DNA from: Callorhinchus milii
Lineage: Eukaryota
Assembly: GCF_018977255.1 (NCBI RefSeq)
Contig: NW_024704752.1
Span: 9,672,001-9,736,000, forward strand
Length of the DNA: 64,000 nucleotides
Reading direction: 5' to 3'
Below, piece after piece: positions 51,033-63,439 of the stretch; positions within the stretch are counted from its first letter, which is position 1; each line of letters begins with the position of its first letter. The position numbers were made by a program, and so were the translations under genes. The notes under the pieces were generated by a model, which had not been told where the DNA came from, did no database searches, and saw nothing but the letters and a program-made list of their open reading frames with translations.

Positions 51033-54000
51033 GCTATGTGAAAAGTTTTCACCTGCTTCATCCCTGTTTACTTCACCCCATTCATTGACTCTATAAGGAA
51101 TCTCAAAACATTTACATTCTGGTTTATAATTATCACCGTGCTTCTGGGCTGTTGCAAAGAAATCTTAAATCTTACTGAGGTATTTTAGAGGGTTAACCCT
51201 TGCTCTGCTGAATAAAGCAAACATTGTGGCTGGTGCTTTAAGGAAGACTTGCTGCGTGGAATCTTTAGATTCTCTTGCACTGACTCTGAGGGTGGGCACG
51301 GTGTACAATACGGTTCTGTCCAAAGGCTGCAGAACACAATGGGTTCTTTAAACTGAGGAGAATCAGCAGGGATTACAATTACATGTATGATGACATCAGT
51401 ACACAACCCTTTTAAATTAGAATAGCTGATGATTCTTCTCATGTCAGCTTAAATTAGCAGGGAGTGTGCTGGAGATTGCAGCCTGCGATTCTGCACCAAG
51501 GGGTGTCTTTAACACAGGACCTCTCGCTCTTTGATATTAGCTCCAGTGGCTGGACATTGTCCACAAGCTCTTTGATGAATAGAGGGTAGTTGACAGCCTG
51601 AGCTCAACAGTGGATGAGAGATACCATCCCAGAAGGATAGCCATCCGTAGGTCTGTTGCCTGAGAAAGTTTGGAAAAATAAAACTAGTCAAAGCAACTAA
51701 ACTAATCAAAGTACATGAGGAAGAAGACTGAGTATATTGAGAGGAAATAGTGTTGGAGAGACTATCCCTATGGCATGTACATAGGAATGCTTTCCCTTGA
51801 CACATACCCAGGGATACTGTAGCTGTACATATATACACAGGAGATAGCCTGGCTCTGTAAGAGTTCAGTCTGACATCTCCAGTTCAGTTCTCTGGGAATG
51901 GTGATAATGTTGAAAGATACCACTGTTGGTGATCATCCAGAGGTACAATAAGGGACGTATTCCCCTGGCTGGAGTCAACCCCTAGTTGAAATATACCCAG
52001 CTGGTGAGGGTGCTGTTTGGTGCTGCTAATGGAGTACAATCAGATCTTATTGGAGAGTCTTTGGGACCGTTCAGTAGTTCTTCACATCAGAGATGCGTCT
52101 TTGAGTCTTCACTTCCTCCACTAGCTGCTTGTCCTCTCCCTTCCATCTTCACCTTATCGTGTTCCTCTCCAACACGCAGTAACTAGGAGTCCCACAATTC
52201 ACCAGGAAGAGCTTGCACCTTCCCAGAGGAGGTTTGTTACAGTGGAAAGTTGTAATTTTTATAATGAGGTCCAACTGGACAATGTTTCTTAGCATTAGCA
52301 CTTCATAAAAGATAACGGTGAACAAAGTAAATCACAATAGCTGCTGACCAGCGGTGGTTTCTGTTCTCTATAGCAACATTAATGATGAATTGTTAGACAA
52401 AACCAGCTTGGGACAAGCTACACAATGAAAACCAACGGGGCTTTAATTATATAACCTGCTGCTGCTCAGCAACAATACAAATTCCAGGAATACTTCTTAC
52501 CGTGAGGAAGATTCAAGATTGTAAGAAATAACTTCAGGAATCTGCAGCTGGAAGAACACTTCACAATGTTTCAACCCTGATGAGTTTAGGGGTGAATTTT
52601 TCCTCTCAGCAAAAATGTCGCTTTGATAAATCATAGCCTTGCTCTAACACAATTCATCTTTTTTCCAAAGCAAGTTTCTCTCAACCGAGTGAGGACCTCT
52701 CCTTGGACTTCTCTGCCACAAAACTCTTGGATAGATGTTACCTCTGAAAGTAAATATCTGTCCCAGTTGCTATTAGCAAACTAATGAAAGGCTTTAATGC
52801 AAGGAAGCTGTAGCTCTTTGCATATGAAGTATATACTGGTGACATCTAGTAAGTGACCCCCCACAAACCTCCAGTAAGACATCTGATATAATGATGTTTA
52901 TTGTTTATCATCTCCGAAGTGTTACCTATGCTGAAGTCCTCAAGTCAACTTTACTGATTTTCACCCCCAGCCTCGCCCCCTCTCCACTTTGTTGGGTGAA
53001 AGCCACCGATATATAAAAAAATTCCTTAATTTGATTACTCAAGACCAAACTAACCCATTTATTTACGCAATCAGTTCTCTTGCTTTTTTCTTCAACTCTA
53101 GTGTACATCTTTTTTGTGTTGTGGTGCCCCAAAATGAAAGCTGGTGCCAACATATTCTTGGTGTGGTTTGTCCGGTGTAGTGGCTCCTGTTTACTCATAT
53201 TATACTGTTCTGGCTTATAGATCCCAGCTTTGTATTAGCATTTTTATTGCTTCATACATTGTGTGGACATTGAATGCTCCATGCCTAGTAATTCTTCAGA
53301 TCCCTTCCCAAATCTCCTTTATTATAATTGGACCCCATTCACTAATATATAGTGGGTTTGCCTACAAAATATACAGCTATTAAAATCCTGACTTGAAAGG
53401 CGCTATCACAAGCGAAGATTATGTATTAATATTATGCACTTATGCCCCACATTTTTGTACGCTGTACATGTAGTAAGTACATTGCTACATTTTCATTGCC
53501 GTGTAACTGTTCAGTACAACCGATCTAAAGCCGGTGACGAGTCTTTTTTGCATTCACTGTCCACCAAAACAACATGTGGTGCGAGACAGGGCAGTCCGCA
53601 GCAGAACAAGCTGCTCACTTTCTTTATAACTACAATCTGATGCGAAAAGTTTCTCTCTGAAGTCGGCGCTTTGATTTTTAACGAGATAATTTACATTATG
53701 TTTGGGACAGTGTCCAGTCAGCTCATTACTTAGCTCATCACCATAATTAGCACATGTGATTCAGAGTCCAGGTATTCAGTGGTTGTACACTATTCAATGT
53801 AAAATCATAAATACGGTACATATATCTTGCTGATGATTGCAGAAGCCTAATGTAGGTCCCCTTGTATGGTATCCATTCACCTCCCGTACCACCACTGACT
53901 GAGATACACTGTAGGTAATGTTTAAGTTTCTCAATCTGTCCGTGTTAGTGTCTGAAGAGAGCACACTCTGTCCTCCCGACTCAGGGGAGGGGCAAATCTA

Positions 54001-54779
54001 CCACCTGGTGTGGCACCCAGCAATTCATACTGGGAAGGTGTCTCTGATTCTATCCTTGTCCTGTGCTGAATTAGCTGATCTCAACTTATGTGTTCTTTTG
54101 TAGTTTGGAATGTGACATGTGCATGCGACTGCCAGGATGGTGGAAGGCGAACTGGATGCATCACGGTCTTCTTTCGTCTCGCAAATTCTTGTGTTCTAAC
54201 TGACTGGTAGTAGGTGGTGCTACAGATGGGCTTGATTTCCAAGAGCTGGTGTGAAAGAAGACAATAAAAAGGACCGCGTAAGAGAGATAAACAAGCAAGA
54301 GAATAGATTTAACTCGACTGTTCTGATTAAATATGCAGAGGTTAGAATATAACACTGAAGCAAATACGTAAAAGATGAGCTGAGTTTATACAGTAGCATC
54401 ATCGATCGGGGAATGTAAGCGATCTTGTTACCAATGAATTTACAGGAGTGATGTGTAGGTAATGTTCCTGGGTGTAGATTGAAATCCAGGAATTTGTTTT
54501 GTAGGTTCTTTCTGCCCCCCATTCCCTGTGGCAATGAGTGGATGAGCCTTGGAATAAATGCGTAGGATTAAACACGTTTCATTTACTCACCAGTTTGCCC
54601 GTTACCCTCAATTTTAAACAGTGTAATTTTACCCACAATGTCCCTGCTTCAAAGCCTTTTAAGTATTGCTTCACGTAGCTCGTTACAATGACCAAGCGGC
54701 TGGCTATTGTCTTTTGGTGATTATGTAAAGTATGGAGGAATAGGAACCATTTGTAGTGTTTGTTTGAAGTGCCTGTCTT

Positions 54780-55150
54780 TAAAGCAGTTGACCCCTACTA
54801 ATTAATTATATATGTGTGTTTCAGATCGGGCGAGCATGCTTAATGAATTGTTCGCCTTCTCTTTCCTGGCAGAATCTTCCCTTGGACAAAAGTGATCCGA
54901 ACTGACAATATTTTATTCTCGGAGACAAAAGCGTGAAAATGATCAATGCGAGGGCCTGGGCCGCTGATCATTAGTTTGGCTTTGATGCTGCCGCCGGGGC
55001 CATGCACAGAGCACAATGCAGCTATTCAGAGGGAGGGCAGACACCCCCAGCACCAGTCAGCGCTGCAAACTTCTCTCACTGCAGTAATGAATTCAACTGT
55101 TTGTCTGTAACTCCTGGGAAAGTCCTGCTGCTCCTCAGCCTATATATACA
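54780..55150 (+). promoter_or_regulatory. PRSS56 proximal promoter candidate
   Basis: TATATATA at 55141-55148 about 180 nt before the ATG; TAATTAATTA at 54799; CTTTGAT (TCF/LEF consensus) at 54980; local CpG enrichment; no repeats recognised. Confidence 0.55.
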
Positions 55151-55223
55151 ACCCTGCACTCCCACTGTCGTCAACCATCGCAAAGCAAATTTCAGCAACC
55201 AGAATAAGACTCGAAAGGAAGCA

Positions 55224-55256
55224 TCTCTCTCTCTCTCCCTCTCTCTCTCTCTTTCT
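55224..55256. repeat. (CT)n tract in the putative PRSS56 5' UTR
   Basis: Direct reading; lies between the TATA box and the ATG. Confidence 0.9.
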
Positions 55257-55324
55257 CCTTTCTAAACTCAGGAACATCAGACACACAAAGAAAAGTTTAA
55301 AAGGTTTTGAATCGGTTTCAGAGG

Positions 55325-55430
55325 ATGCTGTTGAGGATGCTGATGCTGTGTTTGTTGTTGTTTGTGGACGTGACCCTGACTGTCCCACTGAGCAAAGATG
55401 TGTACAAACTCCCAGCCGGAGCCTTGGAAG
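55325..55430 (+). CDS. PRSS56: PRSS56 exon 1 (signal peptide)
   Basis: aggATG; MLLRMLMLCLLLFVDVTLTVPLSKDVYKLPAGALE, G|gttagt; hydrophobic leader, and YKLPAGALE matches human YTRLPPSALQ. Confidence 0.85.
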
Positions 55431-56009
55431 GTTAGTAGATATTTTTCAATTATTCTACATATCTATACACACGTAACTTACACTTGAAGCTTAGATGCCT
55501 ATGCAAAAAAAACACATGAATTGATTATAATCTTACATGTTCAGCTATTCATATACTGTAATCATGTTTATATATATATTTCTTGTATATGCATATAAAT
55601 GTGCACATAAAAACACACAAAGAATTGTATTAGGCACATGCATGTTTTCAGTGCTACAAGTGAAATAATAAAATAATCACACATATGAGTTGCTTTGCAA
55701 CCTGTACAAACACGTGGTGAATATAAACATACAAAGCAGGTAGAAAGCATGCACACACAGGCACAGAGCAGCTGCTGACATTCAACTTCAGATGATGCAC
55801 TCACAGGCTGTGTGTGGAGTTCTGGGATTCAGAGAATGTGTGCAGCACAGGGTTTGTCCCTGTTTTACTCCAGCGACTGAGCATGGTGGATGTGGTTCAC
55901 AAAGACTGTGCACTTGACATCTCAGATGTAAAGAGGATGAATTGGTATCGGTAGATTGAAATACAATATGGAAGATATTTGTAGAATCTACGGTTATCTG
56001 CAGAAACAC

Positions 56010-56225
56010 TACTTCAGTGAACGAGTAGTAAATGTATGGAAGAGGCTCCCTAGATAGACGGTGAAAACAGAAAGTGTTGGTTCTTTCAAGAACAAATTAG
56101 ATAGATTTCTGTTAGAAAATAATATCTCGAGATAGTTTGGGACACGACATGTGCATGCAATTGCCAGGGTGGTGGAAGGCGATCTGGATGGTCTTCTTTC
56201 GCCTTAAATTCTTATATTCTTATAT
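56010..56225 (+). mobile_element. CR1 3' end (related tail at 54100-54200)
   Basis: RNTTSVNE-like tail, ttcaagaacaaattagatag, shared catgtgcatgc..gccagg..ggtggaaggcga. Confidence 0.7.
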
Positions 56226-56759
56226 TTGTGGGGGGGTGACTGACAGTGTGTACTGCTCTCATATCATATCATGAGGGAGAAAGACTGACCTTTCCTACTG
56301 AGTGAGACCAGGGACTGGTTGATATGTGCAGTCACTTAGAACATTACATGGAGCGGTTAGAAATAAAATTCCTGTCTCACTCACTCGGTCCAGATGTTTC
56401 ATCCTTCTACTCTATTTATTAGTGTGGGAATCCCTCAGGTGTTAAGTGTTCCAGGCTGTGGAGAGGATTCTGGTAATAAAGGAATGCTTGTTGATGAGGT
56501 CTCTGACACTGGCTGGTAGGCAGAGACCACCTTGCACCAACTTTGAATCCAGGTGAGGTGAATCGGTGACACGTGGAACAGATCAGATCACAAACATTTA
56601 ACATGCTGAATTCTGAAATTCTTTTGGAAGAGACACACAGTTGTAGCAGGATTTGGATTGTTGATGTCATTCACATGACACCAAGAAACAACTCTAATCC
56701 ATCTGGAAAACTTTCTGACTCTACCTAAATTCGGGAATTCTGCCTTGGAACCCGAGTTT

Positions 56760-56905
56760 AATAATAATCCTTGCATTTGATATAGCACCTTCTCATACCT
56801 TTGTGATGTCTCAAAGTGCTTCACAGAACATACTGTAAAGTGAATTAACTGCATATTTTGTGGGCGAAACTCGGCAGTCGTGGATTGAGTGTCCAAATTA
56901 TTATT
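56760..56905 (-). mobile_element. SINE 3' fragment
   Basis: Matches the 3' half of the family, more diverged. Confidence 0.8.
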
Positions 56906-57360
56906 TTTAATACATCGGATGTGAAAAAAAGGGCCTTTTTGATTTATTTCTGATAGATGGATGAGCAGATTAGTGCTCCACCTGTCCAATTGTGGAATTC
57001 TTAGAGAGCGGGGCGATGTTCAATATCACCAGATATTCTGTTTGAAACTGAAGCAAATAGCACATACTTGAAAAGTTTTCATTTCAAAATCAGCACCCAG
57101 CTTACTTAGCAGAAATACTGGGGAATGGAGGGAAAAGAGATTTTAAAAAAATGTAGAATGGATCACAGACTTTAAGAGTGCAGGATTTTTACCTAATGTT
57201 TAAAATTCCGGCTGCTCATATTAATTCCTCCAATTTTCTCTCATTCTTGTTTGAAGGCATTTGTTTCCATTAACCCCCTTCTGTTATGCTAACATAAGGG
57301 TCTGGGTGACTTCATACCTTGTCGAAATGGTCATTAGACATTAATCATTAGTCATTAGAC

Positions 57361-57684
57361 GTGGAGTCTTGTAGCTCAGTGGTTAGAGCACTCGCCTTGC
57401 AAGCGAGACACCTGGGTTCAATTCCAGGCAGAGCGAAACCTTGGGCAAGTTTCCTTACTCCACATGCCTAATAATAATCCCTCCAAAAACCCCAAACAAT
57501 AATTAAATTGGTCATTTTCAATCCACGACTGTTTGTGGGACACTGCTGTGCGCAATTGGTTGCCGCGTTTCGCCCACAAATATACAGTCAATTCAGTTTA
57601 CAGCATATTCTGTGAAGCACTTTGAGACGTCGAGAAGACGTGAAAAGCGCTATATCAAATGCAAGGATTATGATTATTATTATT
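57361..57684 (+). mobile_element. tRNA-Ala-derived SINE, full length
   Basis: gtggagtcttgtagctcagtgg head through aaatgcaaggatta(tta)n. Confidence 0.92.
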
Positions 57685-58509
57685 TATGCATAAGCTTTGA
57701 CAGGGCATGCCAGCAACCATGAGAGGCATTACAACCAAACCTGATGCTGTCTTCACCTGACATCTATCCTTCCAGCAGAGGTCTGTGGATAATGACCAGA
57801 TTAAGGCTAATCCATCACACTCGATTGTGGAAATGTGCTGATGTTTAACGTCACCAGTGATTCTGTTCAGAGCTGAAGCAAATAGGAACAGGAACCCTGG
57901 CTGATGTTGTCATTTTATCCTCGAGGCACTGAGACCAATTCTAGCCATCGAAGGCTGCTCTGGCTGAGATCAGCTAATGCTACATATTTAAACCTGCAAC
58001 CCTTTCACCTACATAACTGATCATTATATCAATAGCAATTGACAAAGCTGACAAGCAGGCAGAGGAGGTGGAAGATTCAACAGAAAATCCCCACAAATGT
58101 TAGTAAATACAATGCATTTGGGCAGGCAAGTGCCTAACTGGATCATATATAAAGTAGTAGAAACAATAATAACCTTTGCATTTGATACAGCGGTTACCCA
58201 TCGGGGGCAGGGGGGGAGGTGTCAACTCACTTTGCCGGGTTTACTGTAAAGTGCAGAGTGACTCTATTTTGCAAACAAATGCACTACATATTGCCATGAG
58301 CGTAAGTTTACATAGAGTAGTACAGCATGGAAAATAGCCCTTCAGCTCTGGTACATTGATCAAGAAATGGACATTATAAGTATCCAGTGATTGGGGTTGA
58401 ATTGGGAGCAAAATTCTAGATAGAGATTTGGTTTGTAATGCAAATGAAAACTGAGATTGGGCTTTTGGTCATTTTTTGAAAAGTGCTTTCTGTTTTTGTA
58501 TGTGGGCAG

Positions 58510-58668
58510 TGCTGTCAAGCAAAGGTACAATGATATTGGAGGTAGCCATGAAGAATGCACTGTTGGTGCTGGAAGAGCTGGTGAAGGACAGGAATCTGCG
58601 ACTGATGGAATGTGCTTACTGTATCCCATGTCTGTTTAAGAGCTGTGGCAACAGGACAGCGCAGTGTG
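58510..58668 (+). CDS. PRSS56: PRSS56 exon 2 (pro-region)
   Basis: ggcag|TG...TGT G|gtaagt; 159 nt, phase 1-1; VLSSKGTMILEVAMKNALLVLEELVKDRNLRLMECAYCIPCLFKSCGNRTAQC versus human VLSAQGTQALQAA...HEC. Confidence 0.88.
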
Positions 58669-59296
58669 GTAAGTGAAACGTTTCAAGTGTAATTGTGCAT
58701 CTACCTCTCTGGAAAATTGCTCTCTTTCTAATTTACCATCAGCAGACTTTCCAATAAGCCAGATCCTGTAGGACTGATGTGTAGAGACTGCACAGTGATT
58801 GCTCCTGAGAAAAATCTGAGTCAGTTTTATTGATACCACTGTCAATATTCTCCTCATTGTCCCTAATCTCTAAACACTCCGTTCTAAAAGTGGGATAAAG
58901 TCCCATCTGCCTGTTCAGGTGGACATTAAAGTTTCCACTGCACCATTCAATAGGATAAAGGAGTTTCTATGGTGATTTGAGCAACAATCCTTCAGGTGAA
59001 TTGATAATTCATCTCCGGACTAGTTATGTGACCTTGTTGTGTGAAAGTGGCCATTTGCCGATCACTATGCTGGACAATAATATTTTGAAGCTATTTGAGA
59101 CGCTTTGACATGATAAGTTCTATAAAGTTTTTGTTTCTTTATTTCTTCGCTTTCTATTTGTTTCAATTCAGATTTTGAGCATTTCTTGTTCTTATCTTGA
59201 TCAGATGCTATATGGGTCAAGCTCCATACTGTGTCTTTCTTAATTAAGATTTACTGTTGTTGTTCATTCTGAAAGTTTTCTTGCTTTGTGTTTCAG

Positions 59297-59497
59297 TCAG
59301 GGGCACCATGGCAAGCTCCGAGCCCAGCTGTGAAACACTTTCGGCAGCACAATCCCTTGAACCAGAGACAGTGCGCAACTGGGAGCTGAGTAAAGCCTGC
59401 TGGTATTATCAGAGGCACTGCCAGCAGGGAACACGCCGGGAGGAGAGCTGCCTGAGAGAGATGCAAGAACGATGTCACTCACACATACTTCAGTGCA
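59297..59497 (+). CDS. PRSS56: PRSS56 extra exon 3 (six-cysteine module)
   Basis: tgtgtttcag|TC...TGC A|gtacgt; 201 nt, phase 1-1, open frame; EPSC-x22-C-x6-C-x9-C-x7-C-x6-C. Confidence 0.82.
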
Positions 59498-60085
59498 GTA
59501 CGTACTAGCTGACTAGCATGCTTCAGTGTAGTTTGTACCAGCTAAGCCCTCTTTACACTAGATACACAGAGCACTGGCTTCTGAGGGTTTCCAGTTACAT
59601 GGCACGGATCAACCCAGTACTCAGAATCAGTCAAATCTTTGCTGAAATCAAGTTGGACTGTAGAATGAGCTGTAATCCTCCCTGATCCTATCAGCCCTGG
59701 GCGAGAGGCGGTAGAGCTACATTTATACCCGTACGCTCTCTTCTTATTCTCAGATGGTTGGAGTTAATATTCTCATTATTAAGTAGGTTTCTCTATAATA
59801 ATTTGTCTTAAAGAAAAAAGCTAGCCCATTCTTCTGGTGAGTCAATTCATTGGTTGATGTGATATTGAGCACATCAATATGATTTCCAAGTTGAATCCTC
59901 TCTGTAGGAATGAATTTGTTGTTCCCAGCCTGGGCACTAACATTTCCTTTAGTATCTCTGTGTGGAGGGGAGGCGGGTAGTCAGCCGGTTTTTCTGCTTC
60001 TGATGACAATCCAATGAGTTTTGTTGGGATTCACTCACTTGTGGGTATGGTCTATGTGATGTGTAACAGTGTCTTGCCTTCACAG

Positions 60086-60139
60086 GTCTAACGAACAACA
60101 TGAAGACTCCAAAATCTGTGCTGAAGCCAGAAAGGAAAG
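60086..60139 (+). CDS. PRSS56: PRSS56 exon 4 (short linker)
   Basis: ccttcacag|GT...AAA G|gtaagc; 54 nt, phase 1-1; SLTNNMKTPKSVLKPERK; same position as the short linker exon before CGER in human. Confidence 0.75.
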
Positions 60140-60366
60140 GTAAGCAGGAGATCAGGTTTTTGGCGTTAAAGGTCACTTACATAAGAGGCATTTAGCAGAG
60201 GTTGATTGGCCTTTATAAATTATTGTTGCAAAGCTGAGTTATTATAGGGTGAAATACATGAGGCGTTGTAATTAGGTCTCTTGTTTTAGCCATGGCTTTG
60301 TGTATTGACATGCCGCAACTATGTTGACCTGCAGCAGTCATATTGACACCTCATTCTTTCTTTCAG

Positions 60367-60553
60367 CTTTGTGTGGTCAGAGAGCAGCGGCACCAAACCA
60401 TACCCTTGTGATGGGGAGAATCGTGGGCGGTCACATGGCGGCTCCCGGGAGCTGGCCCTGGCTGGTGCTGTTGAAGTTGAATGGGAACGTGATGTGTGGG
60501 GGAGTGCTGGTGCAGGACTCCTGGGTAGCGACAGCTGCACACTGCTTCACAGG
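60367..60553 (+). CDS. PRSS56: PRSS56 exon 5 (activation site and catalytic His)
   Basis: tttcag|CT...ACA GG|gtgagc; LCGQR...GR-IVGG...SWPWLV...CGGVLV...TAAHC. Confidence 0.95.
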
Positions 60554-61053
60554 GTGAGCGAGATATTGATTGTATTCAGAACCACCAGACTGATCAACGG
60601 AAGCGACATCATCACCTCACCAAACGTCTATTATTTGCTGATTTTGTTCATGTCTTGATTTTGTTTAGTGATTTAATGATTTGTCATGAAACACTGCAGC
60701 TTCTGTAACATTGAAGTTTCTAATTTCTGAGCCCTAATATTTCCAATGCATGTTCTTTAGCTGGAAGACTTAGGGTAGAGCTATGCAGTTACTTATCAAA
60801 AGTGTTGAAGTTCTCTCCTCCCCCCTTTCTTTCTCTGGTCATGCAGAATTGATTGAGATATTTGAAAGGGAGAGAGATAGAATGTTGGGAAATAAAGGCG
60901 TTAAGGATTATGGAGAAAGTGGTGAAATAGGATTAAAAGATCTGCCATGATCTAACAAAATGGTCCATTAATCTTATCAGACTGAATGGCTTATTCGCTT
61001 TCCTACGTTTGTTGTTACTGCTCACTCACCAACTGTCAATCATTCATCCACAG

Positions 61054-61162
61054 CAACAGAAATGAGAATTATTGGCAAGTTGTCACTGGTGAATACGATT
61101 TAAGCAAGCAAGACACTGAAGAAAGAATCACCCAAATCAATCGGATTATCATTCACCCCAAG
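61054..61162 (+). CDS. PRSS56: PRSS56 exon 6
   Basis: cacag|C...CCC AAG|gtagga; NRNENYWQVVTGEYDLSKQDTEERITQINRIIIHPK. Confidence 0.94.
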
Positions 61163-61464
61163 GTAGGAGCTCAAGGATGTGCTCTCAATTCTTATTGCTT
61201 TAAATTACCTTCAGCCTTCACACATGAGCCCCACTGAAGCTAACATGTAGATGTAAAATCCCTTTGAGCTAATTCTGCCATCATTCTTAGTCCAACTTGT
61301 TCCCTATTAGCAGCAGCGAAACTGAACTCAAACCTAACAGAAAGTGAACCGATAAGAAAAAAATGATTCAGAGTTTAACATATTAAACTACATTAGGAAC
61401 TAACTTTCGATAATCATAAAGGGGATGGGAAGCTAATTGCCGAAGTGTCACCAAAGACGGACAG

Positions 61465-61791
61465 TAATAATAATAATAATAATAATCCTTGCATTTGATA
61501 TAGCGCTTTTCATGTCAGGAGGACATCCCAAAGCGCTTCACAGAACACACTGTAAAGTGAATTGACTGTATATTTGTGGGCGAACGCGGCAGCCAATTGC
61601 GCACAGCAATGTCCCACAAACAGTCGTAGAATGAAAATGACCAATTTATTATTGTTTGGGGTTTTGGAGGGATTATTATTAGGCGTGTGGAGTAAGGAAA
61701 CTTGCCCAAGGTTTCGCCCTCTGCCTGGAATTGAACTCAGGTCTCTCGCTTGCAAAGCGAGTGCTCTAACCACTGAGCTACAGGACTCCAC
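61465..61791 (-). mobile_element. Young tRNA-Ala-derived SINE, full length
   Basis: Near-identical to 7165-7492. Confidence 0.92.
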
Positions 61792-61948
61792 AAATCAGCC
61801 ATTGTGGGGAGATAGCGTTTCTGGGCCTTTTTTCTGCATTTTGGTTGGTTTCAGAAATCACAATATGCTGTATTGTAAATACAGTATTGCAAATTAGACA
61901 CCAGTACCTAAGCTGAATTATCTAAGGTGTCAATACTTCTTGTCGCAG

Positions 61949-62108
61949 TTTAACCAGAGAACATTCAATAACGACATTGCCTTGCTGGAGCTGACGGTGC
62001 CGGTCTCTGTGTCTGAGCTGGTGAGCTCTGTGTGTATCCCTGAGAAGATCGAGGAACTTCCTGCTGGGACCATGTGCTACATTGCAGGCTGGGGCTCAGT
62101 CTATGAGG
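61949..62108 (+). CDS. PRSS56: PRSS56 exon 7 (catalytic Asp)
   Basis: cgcag|TTT...GAG G|gtaagg; FNQRTFNNDIALLEL...VCIPE...AGTMCYIAGWGSVYE. Confidence 0.95.
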
Positions 62109-63296
62109 GTAAGGAGAGAGCACACAGGCTGATGCTGATCTGGAAAACAGGCTTTCTAATCAAAAGCTTCTAAAGAACAACTAGCTGTTAATTAACATTA
62201 GAAGCTGACCTTTGCAATCTTACTAACTCTCCCAAAACATCAAGAATACTTTGGAAATATGACACAGACAATTTCTGTGCCTCTTGAAACATCAGTCAAT
62301 GTAGCAAATAGTGTTGAACTGGTGCCATCATAGTCTAATAGAATCATAAAGTATCTAGCGTTCAAAGAGTTAATTCTTGTTGCTTGAAAGTATCCTAAAA
62401 TTCAACATACAAATCATTTCTAAACAAACCTTGTCTGACGGCTAACAGGTAGACAATCATTTGAAAAATTAATCATGAAGCTGAACTGAGAACAGCGCCA
62501 TTATACACTTCATTTGTCTAGACATGGTGTTAGTACACCCGAGGTGTTCATTATGTGACTTGCATATAGCTGCTTAATGTTACTGGCAACAGAGCAAAGT
62601 AGTAAAGGTCAACACAGGTCACTGGAGTGGATAGCCATAGACAAAGAAAGGATGTGCTCACGAGAGAAAGTTCTTTTAACAATAATTGACTTCCTATGAA
62701 CGGACCCTTTTTTAATGGTCCACCTTACACTGAGCCACAAATGTATTCTTGGTGTATTTTGGGAGTCTATCTGTTTAAAGAAAGAAAATACAGACTGTGT
62801 TTATTTGAAGAAAAAAATGTGAATTTGCAGATTCTTTTGTGAGCTCCAGTACTAGTTCAGTGTCAAAGTAAACTATGGGCACTGTCTTCAGATCAGTAAC
62901 CCACACAAATAAGACATGATGTACGATGTATACTCCAAGATGCTACCTCACGTGAAATACTATATAAATGTAAGCTGTTGTTGAATGCTGCTGTAAATTG
63001 AGGTATATCGCAGTAATAATGTAAAGGGTAGTGCAGACGTTTGTGTTGAAACGTATTCCATACATGTATACCATGTATACCATTATTCACACATTGAGCG
63101 ACACACAATTAATAAGTAAAGCTGGTGGATGATGCACCTTATGATGTGAGGAATCAGTAATTAGGCAGCAGAGCGGGAGCAGAATGAAATGACTGTCAGT
63201 GGGCGGTGGCTCCGAGGGCAGTGTTTGGTTGTTGGAAGTTCCCAATGATCACTGATGCATTGCTTATTCCTGGTTGTCTTTTGTTCCTGGGCACAG

Positions 63297-63439
63297 ACGG
63301 GCCCTCTGCAGATATACTGATGGAGGCAAAGGTGCCCCTGCTGGCTCAGAGCACGTGCAAAACTGCGTTGGGGAAGGAGCTCATCACCAGCCAGATGTTC
63401 TGTGCCGGCTACCTGACCGGGAAGGTTGACTCCTGCCAG
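63297..63439 (+). CDS. PRSS56: PRSS56 exon 8 (to DSCQ; GDSGGP exon outside the window)
   Basis: cacag|AC...TGC CAG|gtgaga; [48 protein letters not shown]; S1 Asp indicates trypsin-like specificity. Confidence 0.95.
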
